Shown here in pieces: positions 8,984 through 18,437 of a stretch of DNA of 46,665 nucleotides. Under the pieces are notes generated by a model. That model did not search any database and was not told where the DNA came from. It saw only the letters and a program-made list of their open reading frames with translations. Both the position numbers and the translations under genes were made by a program. How positions within the stretch are numbered: position 1 is the first letter of the stretch; every line of letters starts with the position of its first letter. The DNA comes from a virus (Duplodnaviria > Caudoviricetes): positions 1 through 46,665 of IMG/VR virus record IMGVR_UViG_3300017788_001560; one strand, 5' to 3'.

Positions 8984-10149
8984 GTAATTTACAGAGCAAA
9001 TTAACTAATATCACGTCTGAACAAGAGAAGAAACAACGCAAGGATAAATTGATTAGTTCTTTAGCGGATGTGTTGCTTGAAAAAAACATTGATGTATCTG
9101 AAATAGGTGACCTTAAAAAAGTTACCGTTACGCAACGCTTTTCTAAAGATAAAGAGGGTGAACCACAAACTCAAGAAACAGTTGTTGTCCAATTGTCTCC
9201 TAAGTGGGAAATTGGTCCAGAGTGGCCTTTAGTAAAACAAGGACCATCTTTTAAAATTCCAGTAAACAAGGCATCATCTAAACCAGTCACTGGATTTAAA
9301 ACATGCGTTGTTGTTCCTGATTTACAAATAGGTTTCTATCGTGGAAGGTCTGGAGAATTAGAAGCAACCCATGATGAGAAAGCAATTTCTGTTTCGTTGG
9401 CAATAATAAAAACAGTAAAGCCAGACGTAATTGTTTGCGTTGGCGACAACTTAGATTTGCCAGAAATGGGAAAGTATCTCACGTACCCAGCGTACGCACA
9501 AACGACACAAGCATCAATTGATAGAGCAACTGCTTTTTGTGCAGAGATGCGAAACACTGCGCCCAACGCACAAATTGTTTGGTTGGCAGGTAACCACGAA
9601 GAAAGAATGCCTAAGTACTTGCTTACCAATGCTGGAGCCGCTTACGGTTTAAGGAAAGGAAACATTCCAGAATCTTGGCCAGTATTAAGTATTCCCTACC
9701 TATGCAGAATGGATGAATTTGGTGTTGAATACCGACCAGGTTATCCAGCATCTGATTTTTGGGTTAATGAAAAATTACGAGTAATACATGGAGATAGAGT
9801 TAAGTCATCAGGATCAACAGCACACGTTTATTTGAATGCGGAGAAAACAAGCGTAATTTATGGACACATTCACAGAATTGAAACTGCGTATAAAACTAGA
9901 GAAGACTTTGACGGTCCTCGCACGATCATGGCGGCGTCGCCTGGTTGTCTCGCTCGTATTGATGGCGCTATCCCTTCTACTAAAGGTGGCGTAGATCTAG
10001 ACGGGCGACCACTGACTCGCTATGAAAATTGGCAACAGGGCCTTGGAGTTATCACTTATGAAGACACTGGGGCACATAAGTTTGCTTACGAAGTAATTCC
10101 AATTTACGATGGTTGGGCCATGTATCACGGCAAAGAATACAGTGCATAA
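8980..10149 (+). CDS. Calcineurin-like metallophosphoesterase
   Basis: PDLQ, GDNLD, GNHE, IHG and GHIH motifs in canonical order. Confidence 0.9.
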   Translation: MSNLQSKLTNITSEQEKKQRKDKLISSLADVLLEKNIDVSEIGDLKKVTVTQRFSKDKEGEPQTQETVVVQLSPKWEIGPEWPLVKQGPSFKIPVNKASSKPVTGFKTCVVVPDLQIGFYRGRSGELEATHDEKAISVSLAIIKTVKPDVIVCVGDNLDLPEMGKYLTYPAYAQTTQASIDRATAFCAEMRNTAPNAQIVWLAGNHEERMPKYLLTNAGAAYGLRKGNIPESWPVLSIPYLCRMDEFGVEYRPGYPASDFWVNEKLRVIHGDRVKSSGSTAHVYLNAEKTSVIYGHIHRIETAYKTREDFDGPRTIMAASPGCLARIDGAIPSTKGGVDLDGRPLTRYENWQQGLGVITYEDTGAHKFAYEVIPIYDGWAMYHGKEYSA

Positions 10150-10154
10150 AACAC

Positions 10155-10790
10155 ATGACAACAATCATTGCTATTCAAGGAGATGGGTTTTCGGTACTTT
10201 GTGCTGACTCTCGTATCAGTGATTCTTACGCTGATGGATTGATTTTACAGATAGGAACTTTGCGTGAAGGATCTGGAAAAGTAGCAGTCAATGGAAAATA
10301 CCTGTTAGCAACTGCTGGTGACCTTAGAGCAATCAACATTCTCCAACATGTGTTTCAACCACCAACGCCAACGCCAAACACTAGAGGCAAAAAACTAGAT
10401 CAATTTATTACCAGTAAATTCATTCCGGCATTACGAGAATGTTTTGATTCTCAAGGGTACTCGGTTCCTGACCGTGACGACAAAGAACACATGGCTGAAC
10501 AAGGGTCAACTATTCTTTTGGCGATAAACGGAACGCTGTATCTAATTGATGGAGACTATTCGTGGTATTCCGATTTTACAGGATTGTACGCAATTGGCAC
10601 TGGTTCCGCATACGCTCTTGGGGCATTACAAGCTTTAGTGCATAACAAAAAACAAACGGTGATCCAAGCAAAAGCCAACGCCATAAAAGCCATAGCAATA
10701 TCTGCTAAGTTTGACCCCTACACGGGTGCGCCATACCACACCTTTGTGCAAGAATACGAAGTACGCAGTAAATCGCGTAAACCTGTATAA
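10155..10790 (+). CDS. Proteasome beta-subunit/HslV-like Ntn threonine peptidase (start moved to ATG 10155)
   Basis: N-terminal MTTIIAI...ADSR, GKV, AGD, AIGTGSAYALGAL, DPYTG. Confidence 0.85.
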   Translation: MTTIIAIQGDGFSVLCADSRISDSYADGLILQIGTLREGSGKVAVNGKYLLATAGDLRAINILQHVFQPPTPTPNTRGKKLDQFITSKFIPALRECFDSQGYSVPDRDDKEHMAEQGSTILLAINGTLYLIDGDYSWYSDFTGLYAIGTGSAYALGALQALVHNKKQTVIQAKANAIKAIAISAKFDPYTGAPYHTFVQEYEVRSKSRKPV

Positions 10791-10791
10791 T
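10786..10791 (+). promoter_or_regulatory. -10 box
   Basis: TATAAT overlapping the stop, then AAGGAG SD for 10819. Confidence 0.4.
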
Positions 10792-10818
10792 TAATCAACC
10801 AACAAAAGGAGTAATACC

Positions 10819-11070
10819 ATGAAAACAGCTCATGTAGACGCAACAGCAAAAGGAGCCTTGCTAGGCTTGTTGACATATGTCGGTACAAAATACGACGTTT
10901 CAGCAGAGGTAGTAGCCGCCTGTGTTCCAGTAGCAGCTCTTGCTCTGTCATTTGTTTCAACCAAAATTGGTGACAAAAACACAACTATGCTGATTGACTT
11001 GGCTGCTAAAGCCGCAGCCGCAGCTCCGGCAAAACCTGCTGCCAAAAAAGCCCCAGCAAAAAAGAAGTAA
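10819..11070 (+). CDS. Small membrane protein with Ala/Lys/Pro-rich basic tail
   Basis: Two hydrophobic segments, tail AAAPAKPAAKKAPAKKK, strong SD. Confidence 0.75.
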   Translation: MKTAHVDATAKGALLGLLTYVGTKYDVSAEVVAACVPVAALALSFVSTKIGDKNTTMLIDLAAKAAAAAPAKPAAKKAPAKKK

Positions 11071-11100
11071 TATCTTATTACTTTCTTAAAGAGGTTTTAA

Positions 11101-12795
11101 ATGCCTATTGATTTTTGGTCCCCGTCCTATAGGGCTGCATCTAGTGATCTAACAGTTGCTATCAGCCCTTTAGGATTGGTTGAACTTGCCGACGAAGAGT
11201 TTGAAGTTCACGGCCCACGCCTTAACCGCTACTCTGCTGCATGGGCTTGGTATCTAGGACACCATTGGTCATATCGTCGCGAAATGGGCGACAACAACAT
11301 CACCATGAATTATGTCCGAACAATGTCGGACTTCATCACTAATTTTTGTTTTGGTAAAGGAGTTCAATTTAAAGTTCCTGAACAAAACCAAGCGATCATT
11401 CCACAACTTCTTCATGAAATTTGGGATAACCAAAACAACAAACATTATTTGCTTTGGCAGATGGGGCAATTAGCCAGTGTTACTGGAGATTGCTTTGTAA
11501 AAGTTGCGTATGACGAACCATATGCAGACGGTGCTGGTGTTGTTCGTCCAGGTCGTGTTCGTATTTTGCCTCTTAACCCAGCCCATTGTTTCCCTGAATA
11601 CCACCCACATGATCGTGAACGTTTGCTGCGTTTTAAGCTTAAGTATCGCTTTTGGGGCACATCCCCAGAGGGTACTCGTCAGGTTTATACATTTACAGAA
11701 ATCCTTACCGACGAGTTAGTTCAACAATACGTAAACGACGAACTAATTGATTCTTATCCAAACCCAATTGGTACAGTCCCTATTGTTCACATTCCAAACA
11801 TAACGATTACTTCGTCACCTTGGGGTCAATCAGACATTTGGGATGTCATCCAATTGAATCGTGAACTTAACGAAAAGATGACTGAAGTTTCAGACATCAT
11901 CAATTACCACGCTGCTCCAGTAACCATTATTACTGGTGCAAAAGCAAGCCAACTTGAGCGGGGACCAAAGAAGGTTTGGGCTGGTTTGCCAAAGGATGCA
12001 CAGGTATTTAACCTTGAATCTCGTGGAGAAATGGCTGGAGCGCTTGAGTATATTCAAGTGCTTAAACGAGCAATGCATGAAATTACTGGTGTTCCAGAAA
12101 CGGCACTAGGACAATTTCAACCAGTATCCAACACTTCTGGCGTTGCTTTGGCAATTCAATATCAGCCTTTGATGAACCGTTATCTAATGAAGAAAGTGCA
12201 TTTCACTAACGGTCTAGAGAAACTTAATGAAATTATTATTAGAACAGCAGCAGTATTTTTGCCAGAGCTGTTGGTGTACGACGCATCACAATCAGCAATG
12301 CCGGAAGCAGATCAACTAACGCAGTTAGATCCAATGGACCCAAATATTTACAAGACAACGATTCATTGGCCCGAACCACTTCCTGTTGATGCACTTATCA
12401 AGCTTAATGAAGCCCAGGCAAAGATGGCATTGGGTATTGAGTCCAAGAAAGGTGCTCTTCGTTCACTGGGCGAGGAGTTCCCGAATGAAAAGATGATTGA
12501 AATCTTTGACGAACTTATGGACGACGCAATTGACCAGGGTGCACTTGATATGGTACGTGCACAAATTGGTCAGGCAGTGATGCTTGCTACAGGCCTATTG
12601 CCTGACGCATCTGGCATGCAAACGACTTCTGCTGGAGGTGCTAATGTATCTAGTGCGGGAAGTTCGGGAACGGGCGGACCGCTTCCAGGTGTTGGTGGTA
12701 TTCCACCAATTGAGGAAGATCTAATTAATAAAATGACTAGTCGGGCATATGGCGCAAGGTTTGCACAGCGTCGTATTCCTGATGAAGACAAATAA
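11101..12795 (+). CDS. Portal protein (SPP1 gp6-like)
   Basis: NY...DF..NF.FGKGV, TGDCFVKV, PNPIGTVPIVHIPN, WGQSD, SGVAL; position before scaffold and capsid. Confidence 0.9.
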   Translation: MPIDFWSPSYRAASSDLTVAISPLGLVELADEEFEVHGPRLNRYSAAWAWYLGHHWSYRREMGDNNITMNYVRTMSDFITNFCFGKGVQFKVPEQNQAIIPQLLHEIWDNQNNKHYLLWQMGQLASVTGDCFVKVAYDEPYADGAGVVRPGRVRILPLNPAHCFPEYHPHDRERLLRFKLKYRFWGTSPEGTRQVYTFTEILTDELVQQYVNDELIDSYPNPIGTVPIVHIPNITITSSPWGQSDIWDVIQLNRELNEKMTEVSDIINYHAAPVTIITGAKASQLERGPKKVWAGLPKDAQVFNLESRGEMAGALEYIQVLKRAMHEITGVPETALGQFQPVSNTSGVALAIQYQPLMNRYLMKKVHFTNGLEKLNEIIIRTAAVFLPELLVYDASQSAMPEADQLTQLDPMDPNIYKTTIHWPEPLPVDALIKLNEAQAKMALGIESKKGALRSLGEEFPNEKMIEIFDELMDDAIDQGALDMVRAQIGQAVMLATGLLPDASGMQTTSAGGANVSSAGSSGTGGPLPGVGGIPPIEEDLINKMTSRAYGARFAQRRIPDEDK

Positions 12796-12846
12796 TTCGT
12801 TAACTACATCAGTAAATATTCGCTAAACAACACATAGGAGAAAATT

Positions 12847-13650
12847 ATGGCAAAGCGAGAACCAGATGAAATCACCATCCCTGCAGTTGCAGTTGATGCG
12901 TTTAATGAGGCGGCTCAACAAGTAGCCCCAAATAATCAAGTTACCCCAACGGGTAAAACTTTTTCTGAGGCAGATGTTGAAAACATCCGTAAGCAGGAAA
13001 AAGACAAGATGTACAAGCGTCTTGAAGAAGCCGATGCGCGAGCAAAGGCAATGGAAGAGCAACTCAAAGTCCTTGCACAGGACCGTGAAGCAGCTATTAA
13101 AAAAGCTGAACAAACGGCTCGTGCTGAGGAAGAGGCTCGCAAACAACGTGAGTTTGAAGAACTTACATCCAAGCAATTGTTGGCAAAAACTGAAGATGAG
13201 TTTAACGTCAAGATTAAAAACATTGATGCTGAATGGCAAGCTCGGTTTGCAGCAATTGAAGAGGATCGCAAGTCTCAACAGGCGTTGCTTGATAAAGAGC
13301 GCGAATTGCGCGAATTAGAAACCTATCGTCAGCGAAAGCTTCACGAGGAACAAGAGAACATCATCCCAGAATTGATTGATCTTGTTGCTGGTAACACTAT
13401 TGAAGAGATAGACTCTTCAGTAGAGATCCTGCGCCAACGCAGTGCTGCTATACTTCAAAGTGTCCAACAAGCGACGCAACCACGCCAACTTAAAGGCGTA
13501 TCGGTTACTTCGCCGGTGTCTGGGCCAATGGAAAACCAACAGGAATACCAAACGTTGAACGCGGATGATATCCGAAACATGACCATGGACCAGTATGTTA
13601 AAATGAGAGACAGGCTATTAAGTTCACGATCCAACAAAGGTCGTTTTTAA
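12847..13650 (+). CDS. Capsid scaffolding protein
   Basis: Long charged coiled coil between portal and capsid; TAGGAG SD. Confidence 0.8.
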   Translation: MAKREPDEITIPAVAVDAFNEAAQQVAPNNQVTPTGKTFSEADVENIRKQEKDKMYKRLEEADARAKAMEEQLKVLAQDREAAIKKAEQTARAEEEARKQREFEELTSKQLLAKTEDEFNVKIKNIDAEWQARFAAIEEDRKSQQALLDKERELRELETYRQRKLHEEQENIIPELIDLVAGNTIEEIDSSVEILRQRSAAILQSVQQATQPRQLKGVSVTSPVSGPMENQQEYQTLNADDIRNMTMDQYVKMRDRLLSSRSNKGRF

Positions 13651-13686
13651 GGTCCAATATTCAACATGAAATTTAGGAGATAAATT

Positions 13687-14772
13687 ATGGCAATTCCAGG
13701 CCCAGCAGGTGGTGCAATTACTGGAGCAAACCTCGCGGCAATAGACACGACTGGTTACTCAAGTGATGCAACACTCTCACCAGCAATTCAGCAAATTTGG
13801 TCAAAAGAAATTTTGTTCCAAGCAATGCCTGTTCTTCGTTTTGAACAGTTCGCAGTAAAGAAGACCGAACTTGGTGTAATGCCTGGTTTGACAATCAACT
13901 TCATGCGATACACCAACCTTGCTGTTGACCAAAACAATGGCGCGACCCTTACTGAAGGTGTTCGCATGGAGCCAGTCGCTTTGTCAGCATCGCAGATTCA
14001 AATCACGGTTGGCGAACAAGGCAAGGCTCTTGCCGTAACCGAACTGTTGCTTAATGCATCGTTTGACGACGTAATGGCTTCATCAAGCCGTTTGCTTGGT
14101 CGTCAGATGGCACAGTCAATGGACATTCAAGCACGTAACACGCTCTATCAGAACGCTGTTCCGTTCGGTGGTGGCGACGCAGTTCCGCCAAGCGTTGTCT
14201 TTGGTCGCCTTACCAATGGCGCAACACGTGGTTCAATTGCTCCTTACGAGTACTCGGCAGTTGGTACCTACAACGCTCCTGGCTACCTTTCACCTGCAAC
14301 AATTAAAGATGCAGTTGAAATTCTTGCTGGTCAGAACATCCCACGTCTTGGTGACACATACGTGTGCTTCGTTCACCCATCACAGAGCCGTGCGCTTCGT
14401 GACTGGCCGGAATTCATTGAAGTAACCAAATATGCTGCTCCAGGCAACTTCATGCTCGGTGAAATTGGTCGTCTCTACGACGTAGTGTTCATTGAGACAA
14501 CTCAAGTTGTACAAGGTGGCGGTCCTGCAGACCTTGTGTCGGGCACGACTGGCGCCCAAGCACCAACAGCAACTTCATACAGCGCCATCATGATTGGTGA
14601 CAACGCTTTCGGTCACGCTATTGCATTGCCAGTAGAACTCCGTGACGGTGGTGTCATTGACTTTGGTCGTGAGCATGGTCTTGCTTGGTACGCAATTTGG
14701 GGCTTCGGTATGATCACTGGAGAATCCCGTGTTGTAATTAACACCAAGGGTGGCGCAATCGGCGCTTCGTAA
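13687..14772 (+). CDS. Major capsid protein (N4 gp56-like family)
   Basis: LTEGV, YVCFVHP, GEIGRLYDVVFIET, DFGR...AWY motifs; strong SD; followed by a terminator. Confidence 0.92.
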   Translation: MAIPGPAGGAITGANLAAIDTTGYSSDATLSPAIQQIWSKEILFQAMPVLRFEQFAVKKTELGVMPGLTINFMRYTNLAVDQNNGATLTEGVRMEPVALSASQIQITVGEQGKALAVTELLLNASFDDVMASSSRLLGRQMAQSMDIQARNTLYQNAVPFGGGDAVPPSVVFGRLTNGATRGSIAPYEYSAVGTYNAPGYLSPATIKDAVEILAGQNIPRLGDTYVCFVHPSQSRALRDWPEFIEVTKYAAPGNFMLGEIGRLYDVVFIETTQVVQGGGPADLVSGTTGAQAPTATSYSAIMIGDNAFGHAIALPVELRDGGVIDFGREHGLAWYAIWGFGMITGESRVVINTKGGAIGAS

Positions 14773-14787
14773 TTATCTCTAAGATGT

Positions 14788-14816
14788 AAGTGGGGGGTAA
14801 TACCCCCCACTTTATT
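14788..14816 (+). terminator. Intrinsic terminator after the capsid gene
   Basis: AAGTGGGGGG-TAATA-CCCCCCACTT perfect 10-bp stem followed by a T-rich tail. Confidence 0.8.
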
Positions 14817-14843
14817 CTTAACTACACAAAAAGGAACCAAAAC

Positions 14844-15095
14844 ATGGCACGTGCTAAAAAAGAAATTAAAGAATTTGTTGAACAAGACCAAAGTTTGTAC
14901 GCGATTGAACGTGATGAGGCGGAAGTACTTGATCCAAATGCTAAAGACGACCTGGTATCAGCAAGGGTCAAAGGTAGTTGGGTTATGTTTTGGAGCCAAT
15001 CAAGCTATTCATTTGTTGATGGTCAACGCTACAAACTTCCTCGTGAACTGTTTAACTATCTTAAGAAATCAGGAAACATCTACGACACGCTCTGA
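14844..15095 (+). CDS. Small head-associated hypothetical protein (start moved to ATG 14844)
   Basis: AAGGA SD before MARAKKEIK; YSFVDGQRYKLP. Confidence 0.75.
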   Translation: MARAKKEIKEFVEQDQSLYAIERDEAEVLDPNAKDDLVSARVKGSWVMFWSQSSYSFVDGQRYKLPRELFNYLKKSGNIYDTL

Positions 15096-15105
15096 GGTTT
15101 AAATA

Positions 15106-15747
15106 ATGACAGGATTTTTAGTACCGAACGCAAATCAATTTGGTGTATCAATCCAAAGTTTAGACCAAGCGGAACCTGACTCATTAGATTTTGAGATTGT
15201 TGGCAACAACCGTTATGCGGTGCTTTCTGGCTTAGATGCTACGTTTAACGCAGCATCCAACGGTTCAGCCATACTAACTACTGGCGAAGTAATTATTGAC
15301 GGAGTGTACGGACAAGTATCCGGAACTACATTAAACTTTACAGCCGCCTCTGCTGACCCACGCTTTGATTTAATTGTTGCCCAAAATAGTTCTGGAGTGT
15401 TCTCATTGAATACTGTGATTGGTACTGCAGATGCAACAAACCCTATTTTTCCTGCAGTAGCCTCTACCCAAATTGTTCTTTATGCTTTGTACAGAAAATC
15501 TGGAGAGACTTTTGGAAACAACAGCGCTGTAGATAAACGAAAGTTAACTTCTACAGTTATTCGTAGCGGCACTGATGTTCCCCCGTCTGTTGGAGTAGAT
15601 GGAGATTTATACATCAGAACAAGTTATTCCCCAGCAGTAGGCCAATCATCTTTGTACGTAAAATCTTCTGGATCTTGGCAAAACATTGGGTCGTACCCTC
15701 AAGCCACTCCAGAAATTTTAAATCCATTTTTGCTTGTTGGGTTGTGA
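15106..15747 (+). CDS. Virion structural protein (fibre/decoration-like)
   Basis: PRFDLIV motif, GVDGDLYIRT...LYVKSSGSW, terminal LNPFLLVGL. Confidence 0.6.
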   Translation: MTGFLVPNANQFGVSIQSLDQAEPDSLDFEIVGNNRYAVLSGLDATFNAASNGSAILTTGEVIIDGVYGQVSGTTLNFTAASADPRFDLIVAQNSSGVFSLNTVIGTADATNPIFPAVASTQIVLYALYRKSGETFGNNSAVDKRKLTSTVIRSGTDVPPSVGVDGDLYIRTSYSPAVGQSSLYVKSSGSWQNIGSYPQATPEILNPFLLVGL

Positions 15748-15896
15748 GCGAAGAACTTCTCCCCACTCCCGCGGGAACTGTTGCAGACATTACAAGAGTT
15801 CGCCGCGTTAGTTTAGGTCGTTTTAGAGAACAACAACCCGCAATGAACCAAGAATTGCAAGACACGGTTCCTGGCGCTGGTTCTGGCGACCAATAA
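15744..15896 (+). CDS. Small hypothetical protein (50 aa, GTG start)
   Basis: GTGA overlap with the upstream stop; fills the gap exactly. Confidence 0.6.
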   Translation: MSEELLPTPAGTVADITRVRRVSLGRFREQQPAMNQELQDTVPGAGSGDQ

Positions 15897-15913
15897 TAAA
15901 GTAAACTGTTACC

Positions 15914-16747
15914 ATGCAAACAGTATTTGACCCTGCTTCCGTAGAAACTATTACAGGAATTGCTAGAACGTTTTTAAGGGATTTTCCTAAGTTTTTTCAA
16001 GTATCGTTTAATGCGGTAGGTAGAACTTACGAATTAGGTAACCCAAACATTGACGCTGACTCTCTATGGGTTGCTTCATATACGAATAACGCCCCAATAA
16101 CCATAACATCAAACACTTCTGCTAGTTCCTATTACTCACTAGATGCACGAAATGGCATTTTGCGGTTTAACCAAACTCCATCTGCTGGCGCAAACATCCT
16201 GGTTGAAGGGTACTACTACGAATGGGTTTTGCCTTCAGATCTTAAGTTTTACGCAAATCATGCTATTGAACAACATGTATATAATTTGGATTTGCCACTT
16301 GAAAAAATGTCTGGGATTGTCATTGACACCATTGGCATGAGTTGCGTCGTTGAAGCATTGTGGGGTTTGCTTACCGAATACAGCCGAGATATTGATATCA
16401 CCACTTCAGAGTCGGTACACATCCCGGCAAGCCAGAGATTCAGAATGGTTCAAAGCCTACTTGATTATTGGTCAAAAGCATATGAGAAACAAGCCAAAGC
16501 TTTGAATATAGGTCTTGAAAGAATTGAAATAATGAATCTTCGCCGTGTATCTAGAAGCACAAACAGGTATGTACCTATATACAAACCCAAAGAGCTTGGC
16601 GAATATGGGCCAATTGAGCGCCTGTTTCCAGAGATTGGAGACGGTGTTATCAATATTGAAGAACCTGAAGATGAACAAATTAGCAATGTTTTTGTCACGG
16701 TTGAGCCTGGAACAACTCTAAACTCGTCTGCTATCTACGGAATATAA
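15914..16747 (+). CDS. Head-tail adaptor/neck protein
   Basis: Position; ARTFLRD N-terminal helix, Ig-like insert, IPASQRF. Confidence 0.6.
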   Translation: MQTVFDPASVETITGIARTFLRDFPKFFQVSFNAVGRTYELGNPNIDADSLWVASYTNNAPITITSNTSASSYYSLDARNGILRFNQTPSAGANILVEGYYYEWVLPSDLKFYANHAIEQHVYNLDLPLEKMSGIVIDTIGMSCVVEALWGLLTEYSRDIDITTSESVHIPASQRFRMVQSLLDYWSKAYEKQAKALNIGLERIEIMNLRRVSRSTNRYVPIYKPKELGEYGPIERLFPEIGDGVINIEEPEDEQISNVFVTVEPGTTLNSSAIYGI

Positions 16748-16750
16748 ACA

Positions 16751-17281
16751 ATGGATGGTCGTAGAGAACTTGCCCATATTCGCAAGAATTATCGTCAGTA
16801 CCACCGACAAGTTGGGGAAACCATAGCGTGGTTTAGTTTTATTCCTTTTTCAGCTGAGGGCAGCGAATATGACGATGTATACGACGAAGGACCGTCTGGT
16901 GCAGACGGGAAGAAATACAAAGACAAAATCATCATTCCAGTACTGATGATTACTGAAACTGAGGATACAAAACGATCTATCCCAGAAGGTCGTCAACCAG
17001 TTCAGGTAGTAAACGTTGTTATGTCTATTGCTGATATGCGTGATGCTGGCGTTGATGAACCTTATGAATACCAACGTCATCTAAACGACATGTTTATGTA
17101 CGACGCCAGGTATTACAGCGTTACTATGTACCGAGTTCGTGGTCGTGTAAAAGATGACGTATTGGTTGTTGTTGAAGGAATTGAAATTTATCTTAATGAT
17201 GAAATGCCTAACGATCCAGGTCCTGCAGCGATGACCGTCAACGATTTTCCTTGGCCCGCTGCGTTGCCATCCCTTACCTGA
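16751..17281 (+). CDS. Head closure/neck protein
   Basis: Position; DDVYDEG motif typical of myovirus neck proteins. Confidence 0.55.
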   Translation: MDGRRELAHIRKNYRQYHRQVGETIAWFSFIPFSAEGSEYDDVYDEGPSGADGKKYKDKIIIPVLMITETEDTKRSIPEGRQPVQVVNVVMSIADMRDAGVDEPYEYQRHLNDMFMYDARYYSVTMYRVRGRVKDDVLVVVEGIEIYLNDEMPNDPGPAAMTVNDFPWPAALPSLT

Positions 17282-17312
17282 TAAACTGTAAATACTTAGC
17301 GTGCGCTAAGTA
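17279..17312 (+). promoter_or_regulatory. Extended -10 promoter followed by an 8-bp hairpin/palindrome
   Basis: TG-A-TAAACT at 17279-17287; TACTTAGC-GTGC-GCTAAGTA at 17293-17312. Confidence 0.5.
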
Positions 17313-17341
17313 ATACAACGCCTAGGGTTAAAGGAGTGCCA

Positions 17342-17737
17342 ATGGTTGGCAAATCTACGAACGTATCCTCTACCCCTATTGTCACAGGTTGTCCAGCCCC
17401 AATTACATATCTTGCAGATCTTTTTTTGAACATGGAGGATCATTTGGCAAGAATTGTTGGGTCTGCTTTGTTTGAAGAAGAAAAACGAATTAAAAAGGAA
17501 TTGCCCCAAAAAGAACCAAATTGGAAAGGTATTGCAAAAGATTTTAGTATTACTTGGGACTCTGAAGACCTATCTTTTGCTTATGCTGTTGCTGGAGCTT
17601 CCAATGCCAAAGCAGCTGGTTTAGAATACGGACCACCAGCAAAATCTTTGTTGCGTCACGAAATTCTTAATGCTAATAAAACTATCGGTAAATCCATAGA
17701 TAGTAAAATTAAAACGTTTTTAGGTACAAACAAATGA
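17342..17737 (+). CDS. Putative tail-completion/neck protein (start moved to ATG 17342)
   Basis: AAGGAG at 17331-17336; LEYG motif; position. Confidence 0.55.
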   Translation: MVGKSTNVSSTPIVTGCPAPITYLADLFLNMEDHLARIVGSALFEEEKRIKKELPQKEPNWKGIAKDFSITWDSEDLSFAYAVAGASNAKAAGLEYGPPAKSLLRHEILNANKTIGKSIDSKIKTFLGTNK

Positions 17738-18402
17738 AGACAGGATTCCTATTAGCCGAAGACGAGGCTATAAAGCTACGTTTTTCTAATTGCACGGTAT
17801 CTGATGACCGTAACAATTCTAGGGAAGTGGACGTGTTTTTTAGGTACCCAGAGTCTGAAACTGAGCGCAATTACCCGTTTATCACAATTGAACTTATTGA
17901 TGTGCTGCACGCAACAGACAGGCAACATTCTGATGTTTTAATTTATTCGGGAAATGCTGGTGGGTGGTCAGACAACCCAGCATATTTTGATTACTGGCCC
18001 AGTGTAAGTGCCAGTGTTACTGGCGGGTCAACTTTGTTGTACAAACAAACAGAAGAATTTATACCCGTAGACCTCTTGTATCAGGTGTCCACCTACTGCC
18101 GAACGGCCTTGCATGACCGCCAAATAACAGCCCGACTATTACAACGGGTTGTTCCTTTTAGGTACAATTCTATGCGTATTCAGGCAGACGATACGACCAG
18201 AAGATTTGACCTTTTGGACTGGACGAACGCAGACCTCTTAGATCAAGAATCTGGCTTTAGAAAACGCATATTTCGTAAAGTCTATACTTTAAAAATGTCA
18301 GCAGAAATAACGGGAGATACGTATAATGCCCTTACTACTGCTAAACCAGTGTCCACAATTAATAGTACAATTGAACATCAACTAACAGTTTTTAATGAGT
18401 AA
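17734..18402 (+). CDS. Tail terminator/sheath cap protein
   Basis: YPFITI, PVDLLYQV; immediately upstream of the sheath. Confidence 0.65.
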   Translation: MKTGFLLAEDEAIKLRFSNCTVSDDRNNSREVDVFFRYPESETERNYPFITIELIDVLHATDRQHSDVLIYSGNAGGWSDNPAYFDYWPSVSASVTGGSTLLYKQTEEFIPVDLLYQVSTYCRTALHDRQITARLLQRVVPFRYNSMRIQADDTTRRFDLLDWTNADLLDQESGFRKRIFRKVYTLKMSAEITGDTYNALTTAKPVSTINSTIEHQLTVFNE

Positions 18403-18437
18403 TATCTTGTACATACCAACATCAAATAGGAGTTATC

